Assembly (NCBI GenBank): GCA_041483895.1
Contig: JBGPGO010000010.1
Coordinates: 64,001-128,000 of the forward strand
Origin: Fimbriimonadia bacterium
GTDB taxonomy: Bacteria > Armatimonadota > Fimbriimonadia > Fimbriimonadales > JABRVX01
Length of the DNA: 64,000 nt
Direction: 5' to 3'
Shown here: piece by piece, positions 50,061-59,307 of the stretch
Layout: each line of letters begins with the position of its first letter
How positions within the stretch are numbered: the stretch's first letter is position 1
Made by a program: the position numbers and the translations under genes
Notes under the pieces: generated by a model
The model's database searches: none
What the model was told of the DNA's origin: nothing
The model's input: the letters and a program-made list of their open reading frames with translations, nothing else

Positions 50061-51815
50061 GTGAGAAAAGAACCCTACGCCGAGCAGCCCGTCTACAGGC
50101 TCCGGCATTCCACCGCCCACCTGATGGCACAGGCCGTCACAGAGCTATACCCCGGCACCCTGCTCGGCATCGGACCGCCCATAGACAACGGCTTCTACTA
50201 CGACTTCGATCTGCCCATCCCGATTGGGGAAGAAGACCTAAAACGCATCGAGAAAAAGATGCACGAAATCGCCAAGAAGGACGAGAAGATCGAGCGCTTC
50301 GAGCTGCCCCGTCCGGAGGCCAAAAAGTACATCGAACAGGACCTAAAAGGCGACCCCTACAAGCTGGAACTGCTGGACGACATCCCGCCGGAAGAAACCA
50401 TCAGCTTCTACAAGCAGAGCGGCTTTGTGGACCTGTGCCGCGGCCCGCACGTCGAGCGCACCGGCAAGCTCAAGCATTTCAAGCTGCTCAGCATCGCCGG
50501 CGCCTATTGGAGGGGCAGCGAGAAAAACAAGATGCTGACCCGAATCTATGGCACCGCGTGGGAGACCGCCGCCGAACTGGAGGACTATCTGCACCGCGTG
50601 GAGGAGGCGAAAAAGCGCGACCACCGGCGGTTGGGCAAGGAGCTGGGTCTGTTTATGATTTCGCAAGAGGTGGGCTCCGGCCTGCCGATGCTGCTGCCTA
50701 AGGGCGCGACCGTCCGCCGTCTCTTGGAGGAGTACATCCGCGTGGTGGAGGAGGACGCCGGATACCAGCATGTGCAGACTCCGGCGCTGGGCAAGGCGGA
50801 GCTGTATCGCACCTCCGGCCACCTAACACACTACTCGTCCAACATGTATCCTATCATGGATCTGGACGGGGAAGAGTTTGTTCTGCGGCCGATGACCTGC
50901 CCGCACCACTTTATGATATACAAGTCTGAGGTGCGATCGTATCGCGATCTGCCGATGCGCATCGCCGAGCCCGGCACCGTGTATCGGTATGAGCGATCGG
51001 GCGTGCTGTCCGGCCTTATGCGCGTGCGATGTTTTACTATCAATGATGCGCACTGTTTCATCACTCCGGACCAGATCAAAGAAGAGATAAAGCACCATGT
51101 TAAGATGTTGGAACAGGTATATGATAAGCTGCAGATTCCGCGCGACATGTACTGGTATCGGCTGTCATTGCCGGACCTGTCGGATAAAGAAAAGTATCAT
51201 GGCAATTTGGATATGTGGGAGCTGGCGGAGATAGAGCTCCGGGCCGCCATGGATGAGATCAGCGCGGACTATATGGCTGTGATCGGTGAGGCGGCGTTCT
51301 ATGGTCCCAAGATCGATGTGGAGCTGCAGGACGCGCTGGGCCGGGAGGAGAGCGCCTCCACTATCCAGCTAGACCTGCTATTGCCGGAGCGGTTTGACAT
51401 GCACTATGTGGGCGAGGACGGCAAGGAGCATCGGCCCGTGGTGATCCATCGCGCTCCCATCGGCTCGTTCGACCGCATGATGGCCTATCTCATCGAGCTG
51501 TATGGCGGGGCGTTTCCGCTGTGGCTGGCCCCGGTGCAGGCGGTCGTTCTCCCCATCGCCGACCGTCATGTGGAGTACGCAAACGGCGTCCGGCAACAGT
51601 TGCGTTCCGCCGGCCTGCGCGTCGAGGTGGACGACCGGCGCGAGACCGTGGGGAAAAAGATTCGGGATGCGGAACGGCAAAAGACCCCCTATATCCTGGT
51701 CACCGGGGACAAGGAGATCGAGGCAAACGCCGTCTCCGTCCGCCAACACGGGGCGGGCGACCAAGGCTCCATGTCGGTGGGGGATCTGGTCGGCAAGATG
51801 CACAGCGAACTCTAA
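50061..51815 (+). CDS. thrS: Threonine--tRNA ligase (short form, no N-terminal TGS domain)
   Basis: RHSTAH, DLCRGPHV, RDHRRLG, MTCPHH, AAFYGPKID, IHRA, FPLWLAP. Confidence 0.97.
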   Translation: MRKEPYAEQPVYRLRHSTAHLMAQAVTELYPGTLLGIGPPIDNGFYYDFDLPIPIGEEDLKRIEKKMHEIAKKDEKIERFELPRPEAKKYIEQDLKGDPYKLELLDDIPPEETISFYKQSGFVDLCRGPHVERTGKLKHFKLLSIAGAYWRGSEKNKMLTRIYGTAWETAAELEDYLHRVEEAKKRDHRRLGKELGLFMISQEVGSGLPMLLPKGATVRRLLEEYIRVVEEDAGYQHVQTPALGKAELYRTSGHLTHYSSNMYPIMDLDGEEFVLRPMTCPHHFMIYKSEVRSYRDLPMRIAEPGTVYRYERSGVLSGLMRVRCFTINDAHCFITPDQIKEEIKHHVKMLEQVYDKLQIPRDMYWYRLSLPDLSDKEKYHGNLDMWELAEIELRAAMDEISADYMAVIGEAAFYGPKIDVELQDALGREESASTIQLDLLLPERFDMHYVGEDGKEHRPVVIHRAPIGSFDRMMAYLIELYGGAFPLWLAPVQAVVLPIADRHVEYANGVRQQLRSAGLRVEVDDRRETVGKKIRDAERQKTPYILVTGDKEIEANAVSVRQHGAGDQGSMSVGDLVGKMHSEL

Positions 51816-51847
51816 CCCGCGTATCCTTGGTCTCTTGGATTACTAGG

Positions 51848-52816
51848 CTAGGCAAATCCGCGCGCTCTGATCCAATGCGGAAGTTGCGAAGCGAGATCCT
51901 CGGGGGAGTTGTACTTTAAGTGCGGATAATGGTTCGTGTCAAAATGCATCTTTAACGCTTCGACACCCACGCGCTCGGCATAGTCTGCGGACATGATCGT
52001 GTAGATGACTTCCTTCTTTAGGGCATAGGCAAAGCCGGCTTCAAAGTAGACGCTTGGCCGTTCGCCTGTCATATCTGAAACGACGAACGTGGCAGATCTG
52101 ATGTTGGCGATGATTTCATTGGTAATGTCTTCTCCGTTTGGAGGAGGATCATCGCCGAGCCACCGCACTTCAAATCCCATGTCCCTCATGGCCCTTTGCC
52201 CTGCGACCATAGCATCTCTGGCGAGCGGATCCAACCACGACGCCAGAAACACCTTATTCGATACTGCCGGATGAGTCCTTGTAAGCTCGTCAAGCTTCTC
52301 GTATCCGGCGGCCGTAATGTTCTGACGACCCCCGTGGGATCGCGCGAGAATCCATCGTTTTTCCCGTAAATCTTCCATGATTGTCCCAGCTTCGTTCATA
52401 TCCCGTACCCCATAGTAGACCGGATCGAGCATTTGATCCAGATTGATTCCCTGGCCATACGTGAATTTGCGGCTGAGCAGCAACAACGTGCGTTCCAAGC
52501 GATCCAAATGGCTTTGAGGTACAGCTTGATTTAGCACTTGGCCGAGTGTCAGTTCGGCGTATTTCGCTTCTGCATCAGGCCTTTCTTCGCCGGACAAAAA
52601 GACAATCTCGAACGCCTCTGGTTTCGTGATTCGGCGAAAGTAAAGCCAAGAACCAACAAAGCGCCGATCTTGATCAAATGTTGGAGACCGTCGCCACTGC
52701 GGAAGATCATTGGCCTGGAATCTAAGAGACATTCGATAGGAACCGCATGTTGGACAAACAATTCCGTACGGTAACTCTTCCCGAGCGTCGACGTTGTTGC
52801 AAAAGAGACATTTCAC
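51848..52816 (-). CDS. Zn-ribbon / wHTH / nucleoside 2-deoxyribosyltransferase-like protein
   Basis: N-terminal CLFC...CPTC; C-terminal IIANIRSATFVVSDMTGERPSVYFEAGFAYAL...HFDTNHY. Confidence 0.75.
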   Translation of the reverse strand: MKCLFCNNVDAREELPYGIVCPTCGSYRMSLRFQANDLPQWRRSPTFDQDRRFVGSWLYFRRITKPEAFEIVFLSGEERPDAEAKYAELTLGQVLNQAVPQSHLDRLERTLLLLSRKFTYGQGINLDQMLDPVYYGVRDMNEAGTIMEDLREKRWILARSHGGRQNITAAGYEKLDELTRTHPAVSNKVFLASWLDPLARDAMVAGQRAMRDMGFEVRWLGDDPPPNGEDITNEIIANIRSATFVVSDMTGERPSVYFEAGFAYALKKEVIYTIMSADYAERVGVEALKMHFDTNHYPHLKYNSPEDLASQLPHWIRARGFA

Positions 52817-52895
52817 CTACGGATTCTGCCCTTGGCGCGCTTCAGTTACTCTAGATGAATGAGCGCACCTGGAGATCGGATTCGGCAGGCTTAGT

Positions 52896-54548
52896 TTACG
52901 TCGCATCTGATTTGCTTGGGATCCCCGCAAGGAGTTTGTCGCATTCCGCTCCACCAATTAGCTCTCTCTCTAGATATGAGGTCGGCCTCATGGGAACTTT
53001 AAGGTTGCTCTTTTTGGGCACGAACGGTGACTTTTTGCCGTCAATCTTGCGCTCCTGGGATTCGCCGGATGAAAGGTGCATTGAGAATAGATCAACAAAA
53101 CGCCTAGCGGACACGCCAATGAAAGGTTCAAACAGAACCTTGTGACATTCCTGAGGCTCAGTGCAATCATCCTTCTCACGTTGAACCGGACGTTCACCGG
53201 CGATGCTTATTGAGTCGGATAGCAATTCAGGAACTTTGCTCTTGGGATATGGTTCGACGTAAATCACCTTCTTGATGCCTGCATCGACGATGTGCTTCCC
53301 ACAGTTGTGGCATGGGAATGTCGTCGTGTATAAGCAGCCCCCGCGGGTCGAGATGCCAGCCCGGGCGCACGAAAGGATTGCCTCCATCTCGGCGTGAACT
53401 GATCTCCCGTATTCCGTTATCTCCCAGATTGACGTGGTTCGCAGATCCTTGAGGAGTTGTGCAGAAAGGGCCTTGTCGTCGGTCGTGCGGCTGTAGTCGG
53501 GTTTGAGCTTCTTCAATTCCTCTTCCATTTGATGGGTCTGTTCTTCCAGTTTCCGTTTAACGACCGAACCGATTTCATTCAATATTTCCTTCCTTCGAAT
53601 CTCGTTCGAGTCGTAACCGCGCTCTTGGTCCCGGCATCGGATATCGTCATCGGACGAGTATTGTCCGCCTTCTGCCTTTGGTACCTCATTCGCACCGGTC
53701 GCGGTGATGTCGCCCTTCTCCGACACCAGCACCGCCCCAACTTGCCGAGAGAAGTCTGCCGATCTGAAACTTGCTGCGTACGCGAGAAACATGCACGACT
53801 CGTCACGTGTTGGAGTCAAATGAGGATTCCCAAACATGATTTCTAGAATCCGTTGGACCTCGTCGCGCATTTGCGGAGAGAGGCTGTCCACGTAGGCATC
53901 GGCTAGCGCAAATGTTTCTCGCGTATGTTGGCCATGTTCTACCTTTTCTTGTCGATCGCGTTCTAACGTTGTCGCCGCTTCCTCCGGTGGTATATCATAA
54001 GACCGAAATAATCCCATGCGTTCTTCAAAACTGGCATGCACCCCAAATAGATAGAAGCCAGGCCCGTACACCTTCCTAAATGTCCGCACCTCGTCTGGGT
54101 GCTTGAACTGACGAACGATATGGACGGTGCGAGTGAAAGCTTGTGTTTCGAGCTTCTCTTTGCTAGAATCCTCACGATTAACGTATGTGACCGTGGGGCG
54201 TTGAGACGCAATGTTGCGGATGGCAAGCAGGGCCATAAAGTCATTCCTGCCGGTGTCCCTCCTTATGTCATTTCCGGCATCCATCAGCCTGTTAATCTTC
54301 TCGTTGTAGTCAAGTGCATCAAGGTTCTGCGGTACATACCCCTGTAACGATGTCTCTGCTCTAATTAGGTCAGTCATTTTCACCGCATGGGGTTTGTATT
54401 TGAATCGCTGCTTCAGCAAATCTCCAAGTACGGTTGAGACGTGATCGAGATCAGTTCCCGTTGGGGCTACGAGCCCAATTACGAACTCGGTGTCCTTGTA
54501 GGCCATGAATTCGCGCACTGGATCTACAGTGGAAGTAGTAGCGGTCAT
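52896..54548 (-). CDS. Anti-phage dCTP deaminase (AvcD/Dcd-type: P-loop kinase-like + deaminase)
   Basis: FVIGLVAPTGTDL, FKHPDEV..FRKVYG, SADFSRQVGA, EYGRSVHAE, TTFPCHNC. Confidence 0.9.
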   Translation of the reverse strand: MTATTSTVDPVREFMAYKDTEFVIGLVAPTGTDLDHVSTVLGDLLKQRFKYKPHAVKMTDLIRAETSLQGYVPQNLDALDYNEKINRLMDAGNDIRRDTGRNDFMALLAIRNIASQRPTVTYVNREDSSKEKLETQAFTRTVHIVRQFKHPDEVRTFRKVYGPGFYLFGVHASFEERMGLFRSYDIPPEEAATTLERDRQEKVEHGQHTRETFALADAYVDSLSPQMRDEVQRILEIMFGNPHLTPTRDESCMFLAYAASFRSADFSRQVGAVLVSEKGDITATGANEVPKAEGGQYSSDDDIRCRDQERGYDSNEIRRKEILNEIGSVVKRKLEEQTHQMEEELKKLKPDYSRTTDDKALSAQLLKDLRTTSIWEITEYGRSVHAEMEAILSCARAGISTRGGCLYTTTFPCHNCGKHIVDAGIKKVIYVEPYPKSKVPELLSDSISIAGERPVQREKDDCTEPQECHKVLFEPFIGVSARRFVDLFSMHLSSGESQERKIDGKKSPFVPKKSNLKVPMRPTSYLERELIGGAECDKLLAGIPSKSDAT

Positions 54549-54726
54549 TACTCAATTATACCTAACAGCGATGGTAGCGTACACCGGCGGCCTGGTTCGA
54601 CCAGTAACAGCCATGCTGCCTTGACATGGTCTCCGGAAGGCAAGTGTGCTCTCACGGTTGTGAAAAATCAGGACTTGGTTCGCCGAATTGGTGGACCGAA
54701 GATCACTAGGTGCACGAATATCCAAT

Positions 54727-54760
54727 CAGAAAGCGGGCAGAATTCGGTATTCTGCCCGCT
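54727..54760 (-). terminator. Probable intrinsic terminator upstream of the dCTP deaminase
   Basis: 12-bp stem AGCGGGCAGAAT/ATTCTGCCCGCT followed by TTCT on the minus strand. Confidence 0.65.
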
Positions 54761-54788
54761 CCCGTTGTCCGATTAGAAAGTGGCGGAG

Positions 54789-54962
54789 CTATTTCTTTCG
54801 GGTATCTTTCCCGGCGGATCCATCCTTGTGGCTTTTCGTTTTTACCGAGTTATCAATGCTTTTCAATCCAGAGTAGTCCCCTAGTTTCCAGGCCGGCCAC
54901 TTGCTCACCTGAGAAAACCTGCGATCGCCATCGCCTCGTGGCTCTGTGCTTTTCTTAGCCAT
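54789..54962 (-). CDS. Unannotated 57-aa basic small ORF
   Basis: Purine-rich SD-like GGAAGGAAGGGTG; MAKKSTEPRGDGDRRFSQVSKWPAWKLGDYSGLKSIDNSVKTKSHKDGSAGKDTRKK; TGn-TACAAT at 55024-55032. Confidence 0.5.
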   Translation of the reverse strand: MAKKSTEPRGDGDRRFSQVSKWPAWKLGDYSGLKSIDNSVKTKSHKDGSAGKDTRKK

Positions 54963-55197
54963 AGTTCACCCTTCCTTCCGTAATTACAACAAACCTATCG
55001 AAAAAATTTCAACTATTCAACATATTGTAACACAGTTTATCGTTAACACTACATGTGCGGCTAAACTTTTTCGGACATACCTAGGACCATTCTCGACAGA
55101 AAAGTTGAGGTCTTTTGGCGAGACTTATACATTACAACTTCCGGTCACGGTATTTTCTCTCCAAATAGCTGCCATTTGGGACTGTAGCCATGTTGAA

Positions 55198-57642
55198 CTA
55201 GAACCTCCCGACAACCACATGCCTCCCAGATAGCGTGGTCGGCAGGCGGACGGTGTCGGTTGGGCCGAGGGGGAGGGGCTTGCCGTCCAGGGTTGCTGAG
55301 CGGAGAGGGCGGGCGTCGGGGGAGCGGAGGCGCATCACTATTTCGGCGGGCGGGGAGGCGAAGTGGGGGAGGTCGATGGTGACCGTGACGGAATCCCGCG
55401 CGGCGATGAGTGAGAGGGAAATGGACCCGCCGAACCAAGTGGCCATCTTCGAGACGGAGAGATGCGCGCCGGGGAAGAGCCACGAACGCGGAATCGCCTG
55501 CAGCAGCCACAGCGACTGCGCCGACCCGTCATATCCCCCGCGCTCGTTCACAAACATCCGCCGGATGATTTGCCACCGCTCCCCATCCCCCGGCGCGCAC
55601 GACGGCACTCCGTCCAGCGACTCCACCCCCACCCGCCAATCGCGATGCAGCACAACCGCCAAATTGTTGAACAGCCACTCGAAAAACCGCGGCAAATCGT
55701 CGCGCGCGAGGAACAGCGGACCGCCCATCGGCCACATCGTTTCATACTCCACATAGTGCCGCCACAGCCAGTGCCGCGGCGCATCCGTTACGCTGATGTC
55801 CGCAAAATTCATGTCCGCCGTTCCCTTGTGCAGCCCGCCGTAATAGGCGCCCTCCCCGCGCGGCATCCCCGCGTCCAAAAAAGCCAAAGATGGATCCACC
55901 AATTTGTCGTTGGGATCGAGTGCGCCGAGCGCCCCCGCCCGCAGCGGCCCGTACCCCGTGTAGGTCCAGTCCAGCGTGCGCCAATCCAGCTCCTGCACCA
56001 TGCGCGGGACGAACGGCAACTGCGACCCGTCCGGCATCGGCACCGTCTTCGCCCTGCCCGTCGCCTCGGCATATCTGTCGTGCAATGCTTTGCGATAGTC
56101 AGCGATTTCTCGCGCCATTTCTTCCGCGCGCGGATGCTTGATCTCGCGCAGCAATCGCACGAGTTCCGTCATGCCATATATGCACCAGGCGTCATTAAAG
56201 ATCGTATTTCCCGCCAACCAATCGTGCGCGGAGGCGGCGGGGAGCAGGCCGCGATAGGGAACATCTTTTTCCATCGTCCGTTTGCGTTGCGTGGCCACCC
56301 AATCGAAGGCTTTGATCATCGCGGGCAATGCTATTTTCAGCCACTCTTCATCGCGTGTGATTCGATAGTGCGACGCCAGCGCCCACATGCCCAGGCCGTG
56401 ACTGATCAGCAGCGTGTTGGCGGTCCATTCTCCGAAGTTGCCGAGGAACCCGTCGACCTTCGCGTACCCCTCGCCCAATAGCTCTCCATGCCCCATGTTT
56501 GTGCGATTTAGCCCGCCGACATCGGACGTTTGCATCTTTAGAAACCCGCTCAACACTCTCTCATTCAGCGCCGTCTGCCCGCGTAGGTCGAAAGTGGGGA
56601 GCGCCTTCGCGGCGTTGCAGGGCCAGTAACCCTCGTACTGGTTGGGGCTGGTTTTGTACATCCACAAATCGCTTTTTTCGCGATACGCAACCTGTTCCGC
56701 CATCTGCCCGGCGACGGCGGCCAAGTAGTCGTTGATAAACGGGTCCGGCGTTTTGATCTGCCCCGGCCCATCGATCACTTTTTTCCAATACCGCTTCACT
56801 TCATCGAACGCTGGTTTGTCATCGAATTTATCGGTCAGACCGTATGGCAGGGCGATTCGAAAATCCGCTTTTTCTTTCGATGCGAGCGATACCACCCACT
56901 CCAACCGCCCGTCATCGTGCCAGATCAGTTGTCCCTTTTTCGGCTTGGGTACCATACCACGGATATTTCCATCCATCATCAAATATGGCGCTTTGTATTG
57001 TATGGGGAGCGCCGGTGCAAGCTCTGGTTCGACGTGACACTTGTATCCCAGCGCTACTTTACTGGTATCGCCAAAATGCAACCACAAGTGGCCCGTATCG
57101 CGTTTCGTACCAGTGTTAGTTACCATCCACGACGCATGTGTGATCAGCTGGTGATCGAACCGCGCGTATACCACCTCGTGCCACACCAAATCTCCATCAT
57201 GCGTCTCCACATGCGGGATCGGCAGCCGCCCATCTTCCAACCATCGCCGCACCAGGGGTTGCGACCCAATAAGATGCGACCGGTCTCCCGACCGAGTCGC
57301 AAGTTCCGCAGGCTCCGTTTGATGCGACCGATCTCCTGACCGAGTCGCAAGAATCTGCAGGTCTCCTGACCGATCCGCAAACCGCATCGGATCACCAAAA
57401 CCCACAGACAGATGAAGACGGTTGTTGCCCAGCCCCACCGTCTCCGCCTGCATCACTTTCAAATCCCGAAAATCCAGAGGCCCAAACACCAACGACCCAT
57501 CCCACAGCACGGCCGTCTGGAACTGATAGCCAGGCACGCCGACATGTTCCACCGCACGCGTCATCGGCGTCCATATCTTTTGCGCCTGTTCCATCGTCCA
57601 CTCGCTCTGAAGCATTGCCAAACCCACCATAGCCATGATCAT
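55198..57642 (-). CDS. Uncharacterised (alpha/alpha)6 glycoside-hydrolase-like protein with in-frame repeat insertion
   Basis: ASHYRITRDEEWL, GLLPAASAHDW, LWLLQAIPRSWL...ATWFG; C-terminus resembles 18947-21148. Confidence 0.65.
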   Translation of the reverse strand: MIMAMVGLAMLQSEWTMEQAQKIWTPMTRAVEHVGVPGYQFQTAVLWDGSLVFGPLDFRDLKVMQAETVGLGNNRLHLSVGFGDPMRFADRSGDLQILATRSGDRSHQTEPAELATRSGDRSHLIGSQPLVRRWLEDGRLPIPHVETHDGDLVWHEVVYARFDHQLITHASWMVTNTGTKRDTGHLWLHFGDTSKVALGYKCHVEPELAPALPIQYKAPYLMMDGNIRGMVPKPKKGQLIWHDDGRLEWVVSLASKEKADFRIALPYGLTDKFDDKPAFDEVKRYWKKVIDGPGQIKTPDPFINDYLAAVAGQMAEQVAYREKSDLWMYKTSPNQYEGYWPCNAAKALPTFDLRGQTALNERVLSGFLKMQTSDVGGLNRTNMGHGELLGEGYAKVDGFLGNFGEWTANTLLISHGLGMWALASHYRITRDEEWLKIALPAMIKAFDWVATQRKRTMEKDVPYRGLLPAASAHDWLAGNTIFNDAWCIYGMTELVRLLREIKHPRAEEMAREIADYRKALHDRYAEATGRAKTVPMPDGSQLPFVPRMVQELDWRTLDWTYTGYGPLRAGALGALDPNDKLVDPSLAFLDAGMPRGEGAYYGGLHKGTADMNFADISVTDAPRHWLWRHYVEYETMWPMGGPLFLARDDLPRFFEWLFNNLAVVLHRDWRVGVESLDGVPSCAPGDGERWQIIRRMFVNERGGYDGSAQSLWLLQAIPRSWLFPGAHLSVSKMATWFGGSISLSLIAARDSVTVTIDLPHFASPPAEIVMRLRSPDARPLRSATLDGKPLPLGPTDTVRLPTTLSGRHVVVGRF
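57273..57381. repeat. Family E palindromes inside a CDS
   Basis: GATGCGACCG(G/A)TCTCC(C/T)GACCGAGTCGCAAG at 57273-57303 and 57321-57351; degenerate copy at 57356-57381. Confidence 0.85.
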
Positions 57643-57839
57643 GACATCCGGTTCTGGATGCGCGCAGGAAACTCCTTCCGCCGATGATGTCCGGCTGGTG
57701 TCGCATCGGTCAATCTTGTCCACGAAATAGGCTCAGTACTGGCACATTTTGCGTATGTGATGTATACTAACGGCAAATTGACTTGCATTGCTCCTGAGGG
57801 GATGGTTTCCCAACGAGCGAACAATCGCCCGGTTGGAGA

Positions 57840-57856
57840 TTGGCACAGCTTTTGAT
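57840..57856 (+). promoter_or_regulatory. Putative sigma54 promoter of a PEP-CTERM gene
   Basis: TTGGCACAGCTTTTGAT (GG-N10-GA variant), SD AAGGAG, ATG at 57889. Confidence 0.45.
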
Positions 57857-57888
57857 TGGGAACTGTTGGAAATAAAGGAGTGATAAGA

Positions 57889-58560
57889 ATGCACCACTTT
57901 CACCGCAATGGATTTCGATTCGCAGGGATCCTGGCATTGTTAGCGGGATCAATCCCCGTATTTGCCGCTCCGAACATGGTAATCAACGGAGATTTCGAGA
58001 ACAATACCGCCGGCAGCACCCAGTACAATTTGCCAAATGTTTCGTTCAACGCTCTGATGGCGAACTGCACAGCTTTCGGGGATGCGGAGGAGATCGATAT
58101 CATCGATCCATCCTCACCGTACGGGCTACCGCCAGTAAGCGGAAAATGGAAAATTGCGCTTCACCATGTTCGAAATGGCACTGCAGATGACGCCCTGTCG
58201 TTTGATTTGACTGCGCCGATCGTCATGGGAACAACATACAAGCTGAGTTTCTACGCCCAGTCGGTCTTGGATTTTGATCCCGGACCGGCGGCCGTCGAGG
58301 TCGGACTGTCAAACAGCGCGACCGCATTCGGAACCCTTGCATATTCCGGGACTCCGAGTACGAGCGCATGGACTCTGTTGGGCACCACGTTCACGGCATC
58401 GATGAACGCGCAGTACTTAACGATGCGCGCGGACGCGAATAACACCGTGTGGAATCACGTCGATGCCGTTTCGCTAGAGGTTGTTCCCGAGCCTTCGGCT
58501 CTGGGCGTCGTTGGTCTGGCGGGTATCGCAGCGCTTCGCCGCCGTATCAAGCGAAGTTAA
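57889..58560 (+). CDS. PEP-CTERM protein with CBM/DUF642-like domain
   Basis: NMVINGDFE, GTTYKLSFY, VDAVSL, VPEP, TM segment and RRRIKRS. Confidence 0.85.
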   Translation: MHHFHRNGFRFAGILALLAGSIPVFAAPNMVINGDFENNTAGSTQYNLPNVSFNALMANCTAFGDAEEIDIIDPSSPYGLPPVSGKWKIALHHVRNGTADDALSFDLTAPIVMGTTYKLSFYAQSVLDFDPGPAAVEVGLSNSATAFGTLAYSGTPSTSAWTLLGTTFTASMNAQYLTMRADANNTVWNHVDAVSLEVVPEPSALGVVGLAGIAALRRRIKRS

Positions 58561-58746
58561 GGTTCTTCGTTTCCGAGTCCCTCCCGCGCCTGCACATTGC
58601 GGCGCGGGGGGTATCTCGATTCCGCGATATGTCGGGGTCATCGGTTTTCGGGTGAGAAAAAGGGTGATGTGTCGGGGTTCACTGCTAACGATCACTCATC
58701 GCCTGCCGGCCACCAAGACCCCGACACAGGGCGGTACAATCCCGCC

Positions 58747-59280
58747 GTGACCACCATCGAGCTGATGCGAAACGAAGCGGAGTTGGCCTACCAAGAGATT
58801 TTCACGGCCGTCGACGGCGTGACGGAGGCGCAGGCGTGGGCGGTGCTGCCGCAGGGCGGGCCAGACTACCTGCACACCGACGGCTCCATCCAGGGCATTG
58901 TGCTGCACGTGGCGGGGTGCAAGAAGATGTATGGCAGCATCGCGTTTCGCGAAACGGAGGTCCGGTGGCGCAATGTGGCGGAGCAGATGGAGCGGTTCGA
59001 GCCATCATGGCCCGCCGCGCTCACCTATTTGCGCGAATCGCAGGATTACTGGATGTCCACCTGGTCCCACCTCACACCGGCCTCGCTCTTGGAGGAGGTC
59101 CCGCACTTCCGCGGCGCCCTCTGGCCGGCATGGAAGATCATCCGCATAATGATCCACCACGACTCCTACCACGCGGGCCAGATCGCGGTCCTGCGCTATG
59201 CGCTTTCCGAATCCACGACCAAACCCCCGCGCGCCGCCGATGACATCCGGAATTGCTGCGCCGAGTTGGCGTCGTGGTAG
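58747..59280 (+). CDS. DinB/YfiT-family protein
   Basis: SIQGIVLHVA; MIHHDSYHAGQI. Confidence 0.88.
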   Translation: MTTIELMRNEAELAYQEIFTAVDGVTEAQAWAVLPQGGPDYLHTDGSIQGIVLHVAGCKKMYGSIAFRETEVRWRNVAEQMERFEPSWPAALTYLRESQDYWMSTWSHLTPASLLEEVPHFRGALWPAWKIIRIMIHHDSYHAGQIAVLRYALSESTTKPPRAADDIRNCCAELASW

Positions 59281-59307
59281 GACGTCGGGATTTGTGTCAA
59301 GCCGCAC

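Noticed and set aside
51816..55197. Prophage or integrative element after thrS
   Set aside because: No integrase, phage genes or flanking direct repeat found by eye.
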